Shown here in pieces: positions 60,681 through 64,000 of a stretch of DNA of 64,000 nucleotides (within the stretch, counting starts at the first letter, position 1; each line of letters opens with the position of its first letter). The notes beneath the pieces are model-generated. The model worked only from the letters and a program-made list of their open reading frames with translations. It made no database searches and was not told where the DNA came from. This stretch comes from Octopus sinensis (lineage: Eukaryota), in the NCBI RefSeq assembly GCF_006345805.1, contig NC_043001.1, forward strand, positions 38,874,001 through 38,938,000. Direction: 5' to 3'. A program made the translations under genes and the position numbers.

Positions 60681-61949
60681 AAAAATATCAGAGAATTCCC
60701 AAACATCAAAAGGGGTAGATCCAAAAGAGGTTGTAAGATTAACTGCATTGAAGAAAGTTCGATTCATGGAGATCCGATGAAAGGTTTTAAACATATAGAA
60801 TTTATGCATGTCTACATATAGCTCATATTGAATATTTGATCAAGTTGTATAAAGAAATTTTCGGATACAGTCATGCAAAATTTCTGAAAATCCAATTAAG
60901 AGGCAAAGTGACTGCCACATCATGTAGAGGAAAGTCTGAGTAAAAACATAGTGACTGTCATATCGTGTGGAGGAACAGATTGTTATTGAAATTTACAAGA
61001 ATCGCAGATAGGTTCGATTTTTTGGAGATCCGATGAAAAAGTCTTGAACTTACAAAATTTGTGTATGTCCTTATAGTTCGTAATCCAGTTTTGTGGAGAG
61101 ATTTAGGGTACAATCATGCGAAAATATCAGGGAGTCCGAATGAGAAGCAAAAATGACAGTCTTATATTGTAGTGGTTCAGGTTGTTAATGAAATTTTCAA
61201 GAATCACAGAAAGAGGAGGAAGGGGGTAGGAATTTAATCAGTTACTGCTATTTAAGCTGTCAAAGAGAAAGGGGAAGCTAAGGGGATGGGCACAATTTGA
61301 TACTAACAAAAAGTCTAAGTTTGTTTGGAACAAATTCGAACTGAGGTCAACAATTTATTTCTTTATTTATAAATGTTACTATTAATAGATTGTCAGGTTA
61401 CAAAGAGGTCATTAGAAAGGAAAGAAAAATGGGGTTGTTTTTAAATGAAATTAAACTATTATATTATTATTATACTAAACTATAATACATACATAATGTT
61501 TTTAAATGAAATTAAACAATTATATTATTATTATACTAAACTATAATACACTACACTATATTATATTATATTATTTAGATATATTATATCACATCACAAT
61601 ACACTACGATAGGTCTGGTATTAGCAGAATTAATTTTTAAAAGTTTAAAAGAAATTAAGAGAATTAACTAACTAATATTAATAATGGGATAAAAAATAGA
61701 CTAAGAAATGGAGATAAAAATAGAGCAAAATTTAATTTATTAATAATATGGTCCAATAGAAATAAATCAAATAATTTAAGTCAATAAGTATTAAATAGTA
61801 CCATCAGAGAGAGAAAAAATTATAATCATAGCTAGTTAGAACTTATCTTTCCAGTTAAATATATAATATACTATGTAGGAGTGATATGTAAGTCAAAATG
61901 AATTTTATGTAAAATGATTCCAGTATACAGTTATCAATTGAGATATGAT

Positions 61950-62555
61950 TTAAAATATCATTTAAAATATTTAAGAGTCTTAAACCGAGCATGTATACAA
62001 GATTTTCCAAGTTCAATTCTGCTGTTTAATTGAATTTCTCCATTATTTTTATACATTAGTATTTCAAATGCTTCCATGGAGCAAAGTTGGCAGCCTACTC
62101 TGCTATTTTTATAGGGTTTTGCTCTTCTGACTAATTCCAAAATAAGGTTATATTTGATATTATTGTTTTTTAGTTCCCAAATTTTACTAGAAAGAGAAGT
62201 GCTATCAGCCTTATGACGTAATTTAAAAGATGAGAGATGGTTATTCAATCTCTGTTTAAAATTTACAGTGCATCCAACATAAGAGAACTTATTATTATCT
62301 GTGGTTACGGAGCACTTATAGGTTATGTTAATTAACCCGCATAAATCAGGGGCCGGGCATTTTGATTTAATTCTGCAGTTACATCTAGGGGCATTATAAT
62401 TAGAGGTGGAATACCTTGAGGATAGAAGTCTTATATTAATGGCAATTATGTAAATTTTTTTGAATTCATACTATTCTATGTTACTTTTGACAAACTTTTT
62501 CCAAAGAGTGAAACCGGTTAAGTAAATAAACATCTTTTAAATTGCATTTTCAAAC
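61950..62555 (-). mobile_element. Penelope-like GIY-YIG C-terminus
   Basis: CNCRIKSKCP..TYKCSV..YVGCTVNFKQRLNNH..STSLSSKIW..CQLC..LNSRIEL..C.H. Confidence 0.88.
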
Positions 62556-62594
62556 CTTCTTTCGTATATATATATGTATATATATATATAAATT

Positions 62595-62915
62595 TCTATA
62601 TATATATAAAACTGAGAATGTGTCTGTCAGTCTGTCTGTGTGTTTCCCTAAAACTTGAGAACTACACAACCAATTTCATTCAAATTTCACACATGCCTTA
62701 CTTAGGGTCCATGTACTTTCATGATCAAAAAAACGTTCGACTTCTTGTCTAAGGCGAGCCCATAGCAATATCATATCTTCTCCACTATTTCAGTATTACG
62801 TGTTAAAAGTGAAACAAAAACTGACAATATTTTCACCATTTATACGGAAGCATTTTTGTTAGAATGCCTTCGATAGAAGAAAGTCCAAAAATGAATTTCA
62901 CTGCAGCCGTCAGCG
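62595..62915 (+). mobile_element. Helitron-type 5' fragment (family F)
   Basis: TCTATATATATATAAAACTGAG...; homologous to 48121 onward, and 62825-62910 matches the reverse complement of 50205-50295. Confidence 0.65.
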
Positions 62916-63214
62916 AGTGCGAACTCTGGATCTGTATTATGTCTGTTTGGGTGTGTACTCATAATTGTGAGGTTTCACATATCTTTCACATAATTCATGT
63001 GATACTTATGGTGTTATGGGTTCATAAGTTTGTATATAACTTGTAATGTCATGGATATGTGTGAGACCCATATATTTCTGTGAGGGGAGCTCAGCATAAG
63101 TTTATGAGGTCATGTGTTTTTTTATGCATGAAGTTCATATAATGCATATAACTGATGTTTGGAATGAAAATTTATCCAGGTTGCACAGGAGGCAGAGTAG
63201 GTGGGGATATTTGC

Positions 63215-63615
63215 TGGAAATTTCAGAGTGTGAAATGCTGCTTATGCATGCAAGGGAAGAAGGTTTCATCCCTAATATTTAAAATATTCACTTTTGGTGT
63301 GATAATGTATAATTTTTCAGTGATGTAAAGCATGCATTTCCTGCCCTGTCCTCTGTACTTGTTGGCCTTAGCAATAATACTCCAGGTCATCTGGATGTTG
63401 CTCACACCTCTCTTTTTCAGTCTCTATACTATATTGGCTAGGATTATTGTGTGTTTTTTTGTTTTTGGCTCTGAACAAAGCCAGGTGCAATGTATATCTT
63501 TATTTGAAGGTGTTCCCTATCATTCCAATATATGTATTTGTTACTGTTCAAACCCATGATTTTGGTCTTATATACTAGTTCTTTTTCTGGGCACCCATTG
63601 TTCAGGAACAGCTAT
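63215..63615 (-). mobile_element. Penelope-like GIY-YIG fragment
   Basis: ELVYKTKI..TYIGMIGNTFK.RY..H and WSIIAKANKY..KCML..EK..I..LN.R.E...C.H. Confidence 0.8.
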
Positions 63616-63626
63616 GTGAAGATCTA

Positions 63627-64000
63627 GAGGGGTTGGACAAAATAATGGAAACATGTAGCATCATAATTTTGAAATATCTATAAAACCATCAAAAGCTTGT
63701 TTATATTTATGTTATTTGATTTATTATTAGTATTGCTTAATATGTTTTGCTAAAATTGCTGTTTCTTTTCAGATATCAACAGAAAAAGTTAATTGAAATT
63801 CATTAAAATAACAGATCTATTGGACTTTCAAAGAGGTCAAATTGTGGTATGCGTATAGCAGGCGCTAGCGTAATGAAAACAGCCAAAATGTTTGGTGTAT
63901 CATGAAGTCCTGTCTCAAAAGTAATGACAGCCTTTGAGGAAGTGGGAAAAACCTTCTAGTCAAAACAAAACTCTGGAAGAAAACCAAAACCTTCAGATAA
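63627..64000 (+). mobile_element. Tc1-like transposon 5' end, decayed
   Basis: TA followed by gaggggttggacaaaataatggaaac (TIR-like), then DLLDFQRGQIV..AGASVMKTAKMFGVS...VSKVMTAFE..NSGRKPK. Confidence 0.85.

Noticed and set aside
60755-61215. Diverged duplication of about 255 bp upstream of the minus-strand ribozyme
   Set aside because: Too diverged to define; no second ribozyme core, so not a tandem HHR array.
63060-63110. Possible hammerhead relic on the minus strand (ctgagctcc..gaaatatatggg)
   Set aside because: No CTGANGA core and no adjacent helix I pairing.

Overview
AT-rich eukaryotic DNA made almost entirely of transposable elements, SINE-like repeats and (TA)n/(CA)n/(TATC)n microsatellites, with one 100-N gap (37593-37692). 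The repeat families resemble those I associate with octopus genomes; this is an inference, not a database result. No host gene can be called with confidence. The clearest elements are: (1) a complete 3803-bp hAT transposon with an 8-bp TSD and an open 713-aa transposase ORF (42631-46433); (2) a full-length but decayed Mag-type Gypsy LTR retrotransposon (20135-24954, minus strand; 241-bp LTRs, tRNA-Leu PBS, AGGGC TSD) inserted into a mariner; (3) many Helitron pieces and non-autonomous Helitrons; (4) Penelope-like (GIY-YIG), RTE, CR1-like and L1/Tx1-like retroelement fragments; (5) mariner and Tc1 relics; (6) many fold-back palindromes. The most striking feature outside the ORF track is a set of five type I hammerhead ribozyme (HHR) motifs in four unrelated sequence contexts, all with palindromic helix III. 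Two lie 361 nt apart in a near-identical, highly structured tandem repeat with retrozyme-like architecture (25704-26549), which is carried inside a Helitron-like element. One (60597-60680, minus) has a perfect catalytic core. All coordinates and alignments were read by eye and ribozyme activity is untested.
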